DNA from: Balanoglossus misakiensis
Taxonomy: Eukaryota > Animalia > Hemichordata
NCBI GenBank assembly: GCA_040954595.2
Contig: CM082593.2
Coordinates: 11,896,653-11,960,652 of the forward strand
Direction of reading: 5' to 3'
DNA: 64,000 nucleotides
The translations under genes were made by a program, and so were the position numbers. Every line of letters starts with the position of its first letter. Position 1 is the first letter of the stretch. Below the pieces are notes generated by a model, which had not been told where the DNA came from, made no database searches, and saw only the letters and a program-made list of their open reading frames with translations. Shown in pieces: positions 50,501 to 63,700 of the stretch.

Positions 50501-53500
50501 GTCAAGCATTAAGGGTCAGTTGTCAAGTTTAGGGTTTAAGGGTCAAGAGTTTTTTTTCAAGGGTCAAAGGTCAAAGGTCAAGGGTTAGAGATCAAATGTC
50601 AAGGGTAAGAGTTCAAGGGTCAAGGGTAAGAGTTTAGGGTCAAGGGTAAGAGTTTAGGGTCAAGGGTAAGAGCTCATGGGTCAAGGGTTGGAGTTCATGG
50701 GTCAAAGGTACAATGGTTAGAGTCCAAGGTTCAAGTGGTCAAGGGGTCAAAGGTCAAGGGTTAGAATTTAAGTGTTGGAGATCGAGGGTCAAGGGGTCAA
50801 GGGTCAAAGGTCAAGGATTATAGTTGATGGGTCAACAGTTGGCGTTCAAGGGTTAGAGTTTAATGGTCAAGGGTTTAAGGGTGAAGCAGGGTCAGTGGTA
50901 AGGTTCAGGGGTCAAGAGTTTTGGTTTCAAGGGTCAAGGGTGAGAGATCATGACTCAAGGGTCAAATGTTAGAGTTCAAGAGTGAAGGATTAGAGTTCAA
51001 GGGTCAAAGGTCAAGGGTCAAAGATCAAGGATTATAGTTGATAGGTCAACAGTTGGCGTTCAAGGGTTAGAGTTTAATGGTCAAGGGTTCTAGGGTCAAG
51101 GGTTTAAGGGTCAAGCATTAAGGCTCAGTTGTCAAGTTTAGGGTTTAACATTTATTATTAGAGAGTGATGGAGAGAGAGAATGGGATGGAGAGTGAGGGG
51201 GAGGAGAAGAGAGAGTTCAAGGATTAGAGTTCAAGGGTCAAAGATCAAGGGTTAGAGATCAATAGTCAAGGGTAAGAGTTCAAGGGTCAAGGGTCAAAGG
51301 TCAAGGGTTAGAGTTAAAGAGTTGTAGATTGAGTGTCAAAGGTTCAAGGGTAAGCGCTCAAGGGTCAAGGGTTGGAGTTCATGGGTCAAAGGTTCAATGG
51401 CCAGAGTCCAAGGTTCAAGGGGTCAAGAGTTAGAGTTCAAGAGTTGGAGATCGAGGGTCAAGGGGTCAAGGGTAAGAGCTCAAGGGTCAAGGGTTAGAGT
51501 TCATGGGTCAAAGGTTCAATGGTTAGAGTCCAAGGTTCAAGGGGTCAAGGATCAAGGGTTAGAGTTCAATGGTCAAGGGGTCAAGGGTCAAGGGTTAGAG
51601 TTCAAGAGTTTTAGATCGAGGGTCAAGGGGGTCAAGGGTCAAGGCTATGAGCACAAGGATCAAGGGTTAGAGTTCAATGGTCAAGGGGTCAAGGGTCAAG
51701 GATTTGAGTTCAACGGTCAAGGGTTAGAGTTCACCAGCCAAGGATTTGAGTTCAAGGGTCAAAGGTCAAGGGTTAGAGTTCAAGAGTTTGAGATCAAGGG
51801 GTCAAGGGTCAAAGGTCAAGGATTACAGTTGATGGGTCAACAGTTGGCGTTCAAGGGTTAGAGTTTAATGGTCAAGGGTTCAAGGGTTAGAGATCAAGAA
51901 TCAAGGGTAAGAGTTCAAGGGTCAAATGTTAGAGTTCAAAGGTCAAGGGTTAGATTTCAAGGGTCGAGGGTTGGAGTTCATGGGTTAGAGGTTCAATGGT
52001 TAGAGTCCAAGGTTCAAGCGGTATAGGATCAAGGATTAGAGGTCAAGGGTTAGAGTTTAAGAGTTGGAGATCGAGGGTCAAGGGTCAAAGGTCAATGATT
52101 ATAGTTGATGGGTCAACAGTTGGCGTTCAAGGGTTAGAGTTTAATGGTCAAGGGTTAGGGTTAGGGTTTTGGGTTCAAGGGTTAGATTTCAATTGTCAAA
52201 AGTCAAGGGTTAGAGTTCACGAGCCAAGGGTTAGAGTTCAAGCAACAAAGGTCAGGGGTATGAGTTCAAGAGTTGGAGATCAAGGGTCAAGGGGGTCAAG
52301 GGTCAAGGGTATGAGCACAAGGATCAAGGGTTAGAGTTCAATGGTCAAAGGGTCAAGGGTCAAGGATTTGAGTTCAACGGTCAAGGGTTAGAGTTCACGA
52401 GCCAATGATTTGAGTTCAAGGGTCAAAGGTCAAGGGTATGAGTTCAAGAGTTGGAGATCGAGGGTCAAGGGGGTCAAGGGTCAAGGGTATGAGCACAAGG
52501 ATCAAGGGTTAGAGTTCAATGGTCGAGGGGTCAAGGGTCAAGGATTTGAGTTCAACGGTCAAGGGTTAGAGTTCACGAGCCAAGGTTTGAGTTCAAGGGT
52601 CAAAGGTCAAGGGTAAGAGTTCAAGGGGTCAAGGTCAAGGATTATAGTTGATGGGTCAACAGTTGGCGTTCAAGGGTTAGAGTTTAATGGTCAAGGGTTC
52701 TAGGGTCAAGGGTTAAAAGGTCAAGCATTAAGGGTCAGTTGTCGAGTTTAGGGTTTAAGGGTCAAGAGTTTAGTTTCAAGGGTCAAGGGTTGGAGTTCAT
52801 GGGTCAGAGGTTCAATGGTTAGAGTCCAAGTTTCAAGGGGTCAAGGATCAAGGGTTAGAGTTCAATGGTCAAAGGTCAAGGGTTAGAGTTCAAGAGTTGG
52901 AGATCGAGGGTCAAGGGTCAAGGGTATGAGCACAAGGATCAAGGGTTAGAGTTCAATCATCAAGGGGTCAAGGGTCAAGGATTTGAGTTCAACGGTCAAG
53001 GGTTAGAGTTCACGAGCCAATGATTTGGGTTCAAGGGTCAAAGGTCAAGGGTACGAGTTCAAGAGTTGGAGATTGAGGGTCAAGGGGGTCAAGGGTTAAG
53101 TGTATGAGCACAAGGATCAAGGGTTAGAGTTCAATGGTTGAGGGGTCAAGGGTCAAGGATTTGAGTTCAAGGGTCAAAGGTCAAGGGTTAGAGTTCAAGG
53201 GGTCAAGGCGCAAAGGTCAAGGATTATAGTTGATGGGTCAACAGTTGGCGTTCAAGGGTGAGAGTTTAATGGTCAAGGGTTCTAGGGTCAAGGGTTTAAA
53301 GGTCAAGCATTAAGGGTCAGTTGTCAAGTTTAGGGTTTAAGGGTCAAGAGTTTAGTTTCAAGGGTCAAATGTTAGAGTTCAAGGGTTAGAGTTCAAGGTT
53401 CAAAGGTCAAGGGTTAGAGATCAAGAGTCAAGGGTAAGAGTTCAAGGGTCAAATGTTAGAGTTCAAGGGTCAAGGGTCAGAGTTCAATGGTCAAGGGTTA

Positions 53501-53617
53501 GAGTTCAAGAGTTGGAGAGTCAAGGGGTCAAGGGTAAGAGCTCAAGGGTCAAGGGTTGGAGTTCATGGGTCAGAGGTTCAATGGTTTGTGTCCTAGGTTC
53601 AAGGGGTCAATGATTCG
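44550..53617 (+). repeat. G-rich complex satellite built on GGGTCAA/AGGTCAA/GGGTTAGAGTTCAA with a higher-order period of about 3.2-3.4 kb
   Basis: 7-mer and 14-mer units throughout. The spacer aacatttattattagagagtgatg...ggaggagaa recurs at about 44551, 47925 and 51147. An internal duplication of about 599 bp is also present (46331 vs 46930). Confidence 0.95.
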
Positions 53618-53829
53618 AGTGACCTTTGACTTACTTTCCCATATCTCAGCATCCAGAGCAGTTAGACCCCTGGCGTTTGGGATGATTGAGCACACAATGG
53701 AGTCTTTATACACGAAATTTTGTGACCTTAGGGAAGCCTTTCACTTCGATGTACAATTTCTTCTTTCTTCAGTTCATTAAAATTGTTGCCTATTGAGCCG
53801 ATTCACCTATTGTGTACGTGTGTTCATTT

Positions 53830-54020
53830 AATAAAAGGAATATTTCAAATCAAATTGAAATAAATGAAATTAAATTAAATCGAAATCATATTAATGTTAT
53901 AAAATTAAATTAGAGTAAAATAAATTATATTAAATTAAATCAAATAAAAATCAAATTAAATCAAAACAAAACAAATTAATTAAAATACATTATATTAAAT
54001 AATCAAATTAAGTTAAATCC
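53830..54020 (+). repeat. AT-rich low-complexity (AAATT/AAATC)n tract
   Basis: Degenerate pentamer repeats. Confidence 0.8.
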
Positions 54021-57000
54021 ATCTGTCATTCCTCCATCATTTATACATCCATCTGTTACCATCCATCTTTGAACCATCCTAATATTCATCTATCACCCAT
54101 CCCATCTATCATCCATAGATCATTCATCCACACTCATCCCGAAACCTAATCCTTACTGGGACCCCACATTAAACCCTTCGTACCTCAAAATCTCACCCCG
54201 AAGTCAGTCCCAGAATTGTACTCTCAAAAAATACTTTATTACTCAAACACAAATCACCGATCCAATTCCAAACTTACACTGTCACCATCCCGTCACTACT
54301 CCCACCCAACTTCACCCCAGCCTATTCCCACTCGTTCCCCCATCATCACCCTGGCCTTCTTCACCAAAACCGCACCAGACCACATAATGCCTCCATCTTT
54401 TACCCCACACCTTACACCCACCACAAATCCTAGCCATCACCCAACCTATCATAGCCCAAACAACCCAAACCCAATCAAAATTGACCCTAGCCCCACTTAT
54501 CATCATCCAAGCTATCAATGCTAAACGGCAACCCAAATAACTTAAAGATAGGCATAAATCCAAACTCATACCACTGCCACCCCAAATATACAAAACCAAG
54601 ACGATATTACGAACCAATACCTACCATTTGTAGCAAATACACGACCAAAGATTTGATCCCATCTATCATCCATATATCATCCTTCCACACTCATGCCGAA
54701 ACCTAATCCTTACTGGGGCCCCACCCTAATCCGATAACCCAATCAACTTCGCACCTCAAACATCACCCCGAAGTCAATGCAAGATTTATACTATCAAAAA
54801 AATTCATATTACTCAAACACCAATCACCTATCAAACTATGAAGTTAAACTAACTCTCACGACCTTGTCAGCTACCATCACCACCCCGTCACCACTCCCAC
54901 CCAACTTTACCCAAACCTATTCCCACTCGCACTCCCATCACCACCCTGGCCTCCTTCACCAAAACCGCACCATCACTTACACCACACCTTGCACCAACCA
55001 CAAATTTAAATCCTGGCAGTCACCCCACCTATTATGCCAAAACAATCCAAACCAAATCAAAATTGACCCTAGCCCAAGCCTACCATCAATACCCGACGAC
55101 CAACCAAATAACACTTAACTCATGCCGCTGCCACTCCTTCAATACATCAGGACTCTTTTTTTACAAACCATTTGTAGAAAATAGACGACCAAAGATTTAA
55201 TCCCTTCAAATATTCATCTATCACCCATCCCATCTATCACCCATGTATCATTCATCCACACTCATCCCAAAACCAAATCCGTACTGGAACCCCACATTAA
55301 ACCAATGACCCAATCCCATTCGTACCTCAAACCTCTCCCCGAAGTCAATCCCAGTATTGTACTCTCAAAAAATACCTTATTGCTCAAACACCAATCATCG
55401 ATCCAACTCTAAACTTAAACAAACTCACACGACCTTGTCAGCTATCACCCACCACCCCAACACCACTCACATCCAACTTTACCCGAACATACTCCTACTC
55501 GCACCCTCATCACCACCCTGGCCTACTTCACAAAAACCGCACCAGACCCTATAATGCCTCAATCTCTTACGTGACCACACCTTATTCCCACCACAAATCC
55601 TAGCCATCACTCAACCTATCATAGCCCAAACAAACCAAACTCAATCATTCTTGCCCCAAATATCATCAACCAAGCCATCAATGCTCAACGGTGGTAACCC
55701 AAATAACACTTAACTTAAAGATTGGCATAAACCAAACTCATACCACTGCCACCCTAAATATACAACACCAAGACTCTATTACGAACCAATACCTACCATT
55801 TGTAGCAAATACACGACCAAAGATTTGATCCCATCTATCATCCATATATCATCATTCCACACTCATCCCGAAACTTAATCCTTACTGGGGCCCCACCCTA
55901 ATCCGATAACCCAATCAACTTCGTACCTCAAACATCACCCCGAAGTCAATGCAAGAATTATACTATCAAAAAAATTCATATTACTCAAACACCAATCACC
56001 TATCAAACTATAATGTTAAACTAACTCAGCTACCACTCACCACCCCGTCACCACTCCCACCCAACTTTACCCAAACCTATTCACACTCGCACTCCCATCA
56101 CCACCCTGGCCTCCTTCACCAAAACCGCACCATCTCTTACACCACACCTTACACCAACCACAAATTTAAATCCTGGCAGTCACCCAACCTATTATGCCAA
56201 AACAATCCAAACCAAATCAAAATTGACCCTAGCCTAAGCCTACCATCAATACCCGACGGCCAACCAAATAACACTTAACTCATACCGCTGCCACTCCAAC
56301 AATACATCAGGACTCTTTTTTACGAACCAAAACTTACCATTTGTAGAAAACAGGCGACCAAAGATTTGATCCCTTCAAATATTCATCTATCACCCATACC
56401 ATCTATTACCCATACATCATTCATCCACACTCATCCCAAAACCTAATCCTTACGGAACCCCACCTTAAACCAATGAAGCAATCCCATTCGTACCTCAAAC
56501 CTCACCCCGAAGTCAATCCCAGAATTGTACTCTTAAAATATACGTTATTACTCAAACAACAATCACCGATCCAACTCCAAACTTAAACTAATACACGACC
56601 AAAGATTTGATCCCATCTATCATCCATATATCATCCTTCCACACTCATGCCGAAACCTAATCCTTACTGGGGCCCCACCCTAATCCGATAACCCAATCAA
56701 CTTCGCACCTCAAACATCACCCCGAAGTCAATGCAAGAATTATACTATCAAAAAAATTCATATTACTCAAACACCAATCACCTATCAAACTATGAAGTTA
56801 AACTAACTCTCACGACCTTGTCAGCTACCATCATCCCCCCGTCACCACTCCCACCCAACTTTACCCAAACCTATTCCCACTCGCACTCCCATCACCACCC
56901 TGGCCTCCTTCACCAAAACCGCACCATCACTTACACCACACCTTGCACCAACCACAAATTTAAATCCTGGCACCTGGCAGTCACTATTATGCCAAAACAA

Positions 57001-57740
57001 TCCAAACCAAATCAAAATCGACCCTAGCCCAAGCCTACCATCAATACCCGACGACCAACCAAATAACACTTAAATCATACCGCTGCCACTCCAACAATAC
57101 ATCAGGACTCTTTTTTTACAAACCATTTGTAGAAAATAGACGACTAAAGATTTAATCCCTACAAATATTCATCTATCACCCATCCCATCTATCACCTGTA
57201 CATCATTCTCCACACTCATCCCAAAACCTAATCCTTACGGAACCCCACCTTAAACCAATGACCCATCCCATTCGTACCTCAAACCTCACCCCGAAGTCAA
57301 TCCCAGAATTGTACTCTTAAAATATACGTTATTACTCAAACAACAATCACCGATTCAACTCCAAACTTAAACTAAGGCTCGCGACGTTGTCAGCCATCAC
57401 CACTACCACACAACTTTACCCCAACCTATTCTCACGCACTCCTATCAGCACCCCGATCTACATCCCAAAAGCCGCACTAGCCCCACTACAAATTTAAATC
57501 CTGGCAGTCACCCAACCTATCATAACTCAATTATCCCAAACCAAATCAAAATTGACCCTAGCCCTAACATTGCCCAAGCCTGTTATCAATACTCGAAGGC
57601 CACCCAAATAACTCTTAACGTAACAAAAATCCTAACTCGTACTGCTGTTACCCCAACTAAATAAAAACGCTTTTACCCTATTCCGAACCAAAACCTGCAA
57701 TTTTTATACACGACAAAAGATCCTGACCATATAAGAACTC
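54020..57740 (+). repeat. C/A-rich satellite, monomer about 560-600 bp, two alternating variants
   Basis: cactcatYccRaaacctaatccttac recurs at about 54131, 54688, 55259, 55860, 56428, 56640 and 57212. Near-identical spurious ORFs at 54777, 55949 and 56731. Confidence 0.92.
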
Positions 57741-57789
57741 ACCTATGTCAATATTACAAACTCCTACAAATTCTCTGACAGCTAATTAA

Positions 57790-60700
57790 TAAAATTTATT
57801 TATTAAGGGTTAAAAACAATAGAAATCAATATGAATAATCTTTTTGAAAATATTATTAAAAACTCATTATTTGGGTGCAAATATGATGATTATTTTATAT
57901 TCCAAGTATAAATTAAAAATAACTCATTTATCACTTCAAATTAAAAAAAAAAACTATTTTTAGGCTTAAAACATTAACTTTGTTTTCGAAAATATAAACA
58001 CCCCTTGTGGATATATAGAGAATCAACATTTAATGACACCCATCTCGCTTGTCTGCTATGAGAGTAAAAACTCTTCCAAGAGAGACTTTGTCACACATTG
58101 TTTATTTCAAATGAAAATGATTTAACAAGCGATTTCAACATAAATACAAAATGATTAAATGCTTCAGAACACTTTAAAAATCTTTAAATACAATAACAAA
58201 ACGATATTTGGTCCATAACGTACGTTTTTAATAAAAATTATTAGATAATGATTTCAAACTCAAAAACAGCCCATATTTTTAGGCTTTGAAATAATTTTCG
58301 TCTATAATAATCTAATTTAATAAGCTAAGTTTTTAATATTTGGAATTATAAACAATTATTATGCAAGAATTCACAAATATGATTTAGCAAGCAATTCCAA
58401 TATTAATATTTTTCAAGGCATTGAACCTGTTTTCTATCATTCTAAAGTCTCTTTTAAAAGTATTACAAAAAAACATTATTTGGCAAGAAAACTGCTCAAT
58501 ACGACACTATAAATTGTTATTTGCACGTTTTAAATAAAAACGATTCAATAAGCATTTTAAATATAAAACCACTTATTTAGGCCAAAAAAAATGTGAGATC
58601 ATTATTAAACCCTTGAAGCTTTATTTTTTCACAAAAATGTTTAATACCTTATAAAATCAAATTCATATTCAAAAAGCGTATATTTAACGGAAATGATTTA
58701 ACAAGCAATTTCTATATATTTACACCCTAATTTAAGCCTTTGGAAAACTGTTAAATCATTCTAAAACCTTTCTTTGAAAATAACATAAAACCATCCTTTA
58801 TTCGAGCCCAAAAACTTCATATCGCACATTTAACTCAAACACAATCTTATTTAGGATTATAAACATTCTAAATTCCTTTTAAAATTTTTCTCTCGATTTA
58901 AGGCTTTTAAACACTTCATAATCATTCAAAAACTTTCATTGAAAGTATTACTTAAACACAATAATTTGGCACGAAAACTTTTCAATACGACATAAAAAAC
59001 GATGTATGTTCCATATTGCTTTTTTATATTTAAAAAGACAAGAAACATTTCAAAACACTAATTTAGGCATGTAAACACTGTTAGAACATTTGATAAAAAA
59101 AATTTAATACGGTATAAAATGATGTTATATGCACATTGTATATTTTGAAAAAAAATATGATTAAATGAACAATCGATACATAAATACAAGCATTTTTAAA
59201 GCTCTAATACAGTAATATATAATTCTTATACCTTTCTTTGTATATATGATGAAAAACTAATTATTTGGGAATGAAAACTGTTTAAATCGATACTAAAACA
59301 ATGCTTGTTCCATATTTCAGGTTTTAAATAAAAATGATCCGTAAAGCATTTTAAAGTTAAATACAAACTTATTTAGGCATAAAAAGCACCGTGGTACCAT
59401 TATGTAACCCGTCATTGAAATTAGTTATGAAACGCATTATTTTTCACTTAAAGGGTTAAATTCGGTATAAAATCGTTTTTATTCACATTGTTAACTTCAA
59501 ATGAAAATGTTTTAACAAGCGATTTCAACATGAATGCAACATGATTAAAGGCTTCAAAACACTTTAAAATCATTCTAAATCATTTCTTTGAATATGCTAC
59601 AAAATAACCATTAATTTGTGCACAAAAACTTTAAATACAATACTAAAACGATATTTGGTCCATAACGCACTTTTAAATAAAAATTATTAGGTACTGATTT
59701 CAAACTCAAAAAAACCCAATATTTTTAGGCTTGCGAATTATTTTCATCTGAAAATATAATTAACTCCAAAAACTGATATAAAATAGATGTTTTGATTGGT
59801 ATATGTATTGAATAAAAATCAAATAAGCCAAAATTTAGTTTTTAATATGAAAATGATTTAATAAGCAATATCATTGTTTTGCTTATCATTCTAAAGTCTC
59901 TTTTGAATGTATTACAAAAAAACATTATTTGGCAAGAAAACTTCTCAAAACGATATTAAAAACGTTATTAGTTTCATATCGCATGTATTAAATAAAAACG
60001 ATTCAATAAGCATTTTAAATTCAAAACCACTTATTTAGGCTAAAAAACAATGTGGGATCATTTTTAAAAACCTTTTTGAAATTTTTTTCTATAACACGCT
60101 TTAATTTTTCACAAAAAATGTTTAATACCTTATAGAATCAATGCCATATTAACAAAGCGTATGTTTAACGGAAATGATTTAACAAGCAATTTCTATATAT
60201 TTACACCGCTTTTTAAGCATTTGGAAAACTGTCATTCAATCATTCTAAAACCTTTCTTATAAAAAAACAAAACCATCCTTTATTCGGGCCCAAAAACTTC
60301 ATATCGCACATTTAACTCAAACACGACCTTATTTAGGATTATAAACATTTTAAATTCCTTTTAAAATTTTTCTCTCGATTTAAGGATTTTAAACACTCTA
60401 TATAACTTTTAAATACGACATGAAAAACGATGTTTGTTCCTTATTGCTTTTTTATATCTAAAAAGACAAGAAACATTTCAAAACACTAATTTAGGCATGT
60501 AAACACTGTTAGAACATTTGATAAAAAAACAATTTAATACGGTATAAAATGATGTTATATGCATATTGTATATTTTGAAAAAAATATGATTAAATAAACA
60601 ATCGTTACATAAATACACGCATATTTAAAGCTCTAATACAGTAATATATAATTCTTAAACCTTTCTTTGTATATATGATAAAAAACTAATTATTTGGAAT

Positions 60701-63700
60701 GAAAACTGTTTAAAACGATACTAAAACAATGCTTGTTCCATATTTAAGGTTTTAAATAAAAATGATCCGTAAAGCATTTTAAAGTTAAATACAAACTTAT
60801 TTAGGCATAAAAAGCACCCTCAGATCATTATTTAACCCGTCTTTGAAATTTGATATAAAACGCATTATTTTTCACTTAAAGGGTTTAATTCGGTATAAAA
60901 TCGTTTTTATTCACATTGATTACTTCAAATGAGAATGTTTTAACAAGCGATTTTAACATGAATGCAACATGATTAAAGGCTTCGGAACACTTTAAAATCA
61001 TTCTAAATCATTTCTTTGAATATGCTACAAAACAATCATTAATTTTTTATCATTTATATAAAGAAAGGTTTAAGAATTATATATTACTGTATTAGCGCTT
61101 TAAATATGCGTGTATTTATGTATCGATTGTTTATTTAATCATATTTTTTTCAAAATATACAATGTGCATATAATATCATTTTATACCGTATTAAATAGTT
61201 TTTTTTGTCAAATGTTCTAACAGAGTTTACATGCCTAAATTAGTGTTTTGAAATGTTTCTTGTCTTATTAGATATAAAAAAGCACTATGGAACATATATC
61301 GTTTTTTTATGTCGTATTGAAAAGTTTTATAAAGTGTTTAAAAGCCTTAAATCGAGAGAAAAATTTTAAAAGGAATTTAGAATGTTTATAATCCTAAATA
61401 AGGGTGTGTTTGAGTTAAATGTGCGATATGAAGTTTTTGGGCCCGAATAAAGGATGGTTTTATGTTATGTTCAAAGATAGGTTTTAGAATGATTTAACAG
61501 TTTTCCAAAGACTTAAATAGGGGTGTAAATATATAGAAATTGCTTGTTAAATCATTTCCGTTAAACATACGCTTTAAGAATATGACATAGATTCTATAAG
61601 GTATCAAACATTTTTTGTGAAAAATTAAAGCGTGTTATAGAAAAAAAATTCAAAAAGGTTTTTAAAAATGATCCCACATTGTTTTTTAGCATGAATAAGT
61701 GGTTTTGAATTTAAAATGCTTATTGAATCGTTTTTATTTAATACATGCGATAAGAGACTAATAACGTTTTTGGTATCGTTTTGAGCAGTTTTCTTGCCAA
61801 ATAATGTTTTTTTGTAATACATTCAAAAGAGACTTTAGAATGATAAGCAAAACATTTATATTGCTTATTAAGTCATTTTCATATTAAAAACTTAATTTTG
61901 GCTTATTTGATTTTTATTCAATACATATACAAGTGTTCTGAAGCCTTTAATCATGTTGCATTCATGTTGAAATCGCTTGTTAAAACATTTTCATTTGAAG
62001 TAAACAATGTGAATAAAAACGATTTTATACCGAATTAAACCCTTTAAGTGAAAAATAATGCGTTTCATATCAAATTTCAAAGACGTGTTAAATAATGATC
62101 TCAGGGTGCTTTTTATGCCTGAATAAGTTTGTATTTAACTTTAAAATGCTTTACGGATCATTTTTATTTAAAACCTGAAATATGGAACAAGCATTGTTTT
62201 AGTGTCGTTTTAAACAGTTTTCATTCCCAAATAATTAGTTTTTTTATCATATATACAAAGAAAGGTTTAAGAATTATATGTTACTGTATTAGAGCTTTAA
62301 ATATGCGTGCATTTATGTATGCAATATCAATGTTTTGCTTATCATTCTGAAGTCTCTTTTGAATGTATTACAAAAAAACATTATTTGGCAAGAAAACTGC
62401 TCAATACGATACTAAAAACGTTGTTAGTTTCATATCGCATGTATTAGATAAAAACGATTCAATAAGCATTTTAAATTCAAAACCACTTATTTAGGCTAAA
62501 AAACAATGAAGTATCATTATTAAAAACCTTTTTGAAATTTTTTTCTATAACACGCTTAAATTTCTCACAAAAAATGTTTAATACCTTATAAAATCAATGT
62601 CATATTCACAAAGCGTATTTTTAATGGTAATGATTTAGAAAGCAATTTCTATATAATTACACCCCTATTTAAGGTTTTGAAAAAGTGTTTAATCATTCTA
62701 AAACCTTTCTTTGAACACAATACAAAACCATCCTTTATTAGGGCCCAAAAACTGTTCAAAACGATATTTTTTCCATATAACACGTTTTGAATAAAAATTA
62801 ATAGATAGTGCTTTCTAACTCAAACACACCCTTATTTCGGCTTTTAAACATTCTAGATTCCTTTTAAAAATTTTCTCTCGATTTAAAGCTTTTTAATATC
62901 GTTTTAGTATTGTATTTAAAGTTTTTGTGCACAAATTAATGGTTATTTTGTAGCATATTCAAAGAAATGATTTAGAATGATTTTAAAGTGTTCTGAAGCC
63001 TTTAATCATATTTCATTCATAATAAAATATCTTGTTAAAACATTTTCATTTGAAGTTAACAATGTGAATAAAAACGATTTTATACCGAATTAAACCCTTT
63101 AAGTGAAAAATAATGCGTTTCATATCTAATTTCAAAGACGTGTTAAATAATGATCTCAGGGTGCTTTTTATGCCTGAATAAGTTTGTATTTAACTTTAAA
63201 ATGCTTTACGGATCATTTTTATTTAAAACCTGAAATATGGAACAAGCATTGTTTTAGTGTCGTTTTAAACAGTTTTCATTCCCAAATAATTAGTTTTTTA
63301 TCATATATACAAAGAAAGGTTTAAGAATTATATATTACTGTATTAGAGCTTTAAATATGCGTGCATTTATGTATCGATTGTTTATTTAATCATATTTTTT
63401 TTCAAAATATACAATGTGCATATAACATCATTTTATACCGTATTAAATAGTTTTTTTTATCAAATGTTCTAACAGTATTTACATGCCTAAATTAGTGTTT
63501 TGAAATGTTTCTTGTCTTTTTAAATATAAAAAAGCAATATATAACATAAATCGTTTTTTATGTCGTATTGAACAGTTTTCGTGCCAAAATATTGTTTAAG
63601 TAATACTTTCAATGAAAGTTTTTGAATGATTATAATGTGTCTAAAAGCCTTAAATCGAGAGAAAAATTTTAAAAGGAATTTAGAATGTTTCTAATCCTAA

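Noticed and set aside
45207-53780. Repetitive ORFs (QGSRVRV / KGQGLEF) suggesting a structural or collagen-like protein
   Set aside because: They are translations of a 7/14-bp satellite, appear in all three frames, and are full of frame-breaking indels with no splice signals.
54216-57069. Recurrent His/Pro/Thr-rich ORFs
   Set aside because: They are a by-product of C/A-rich satellite monomers, and the frames are not maintained between monomers.
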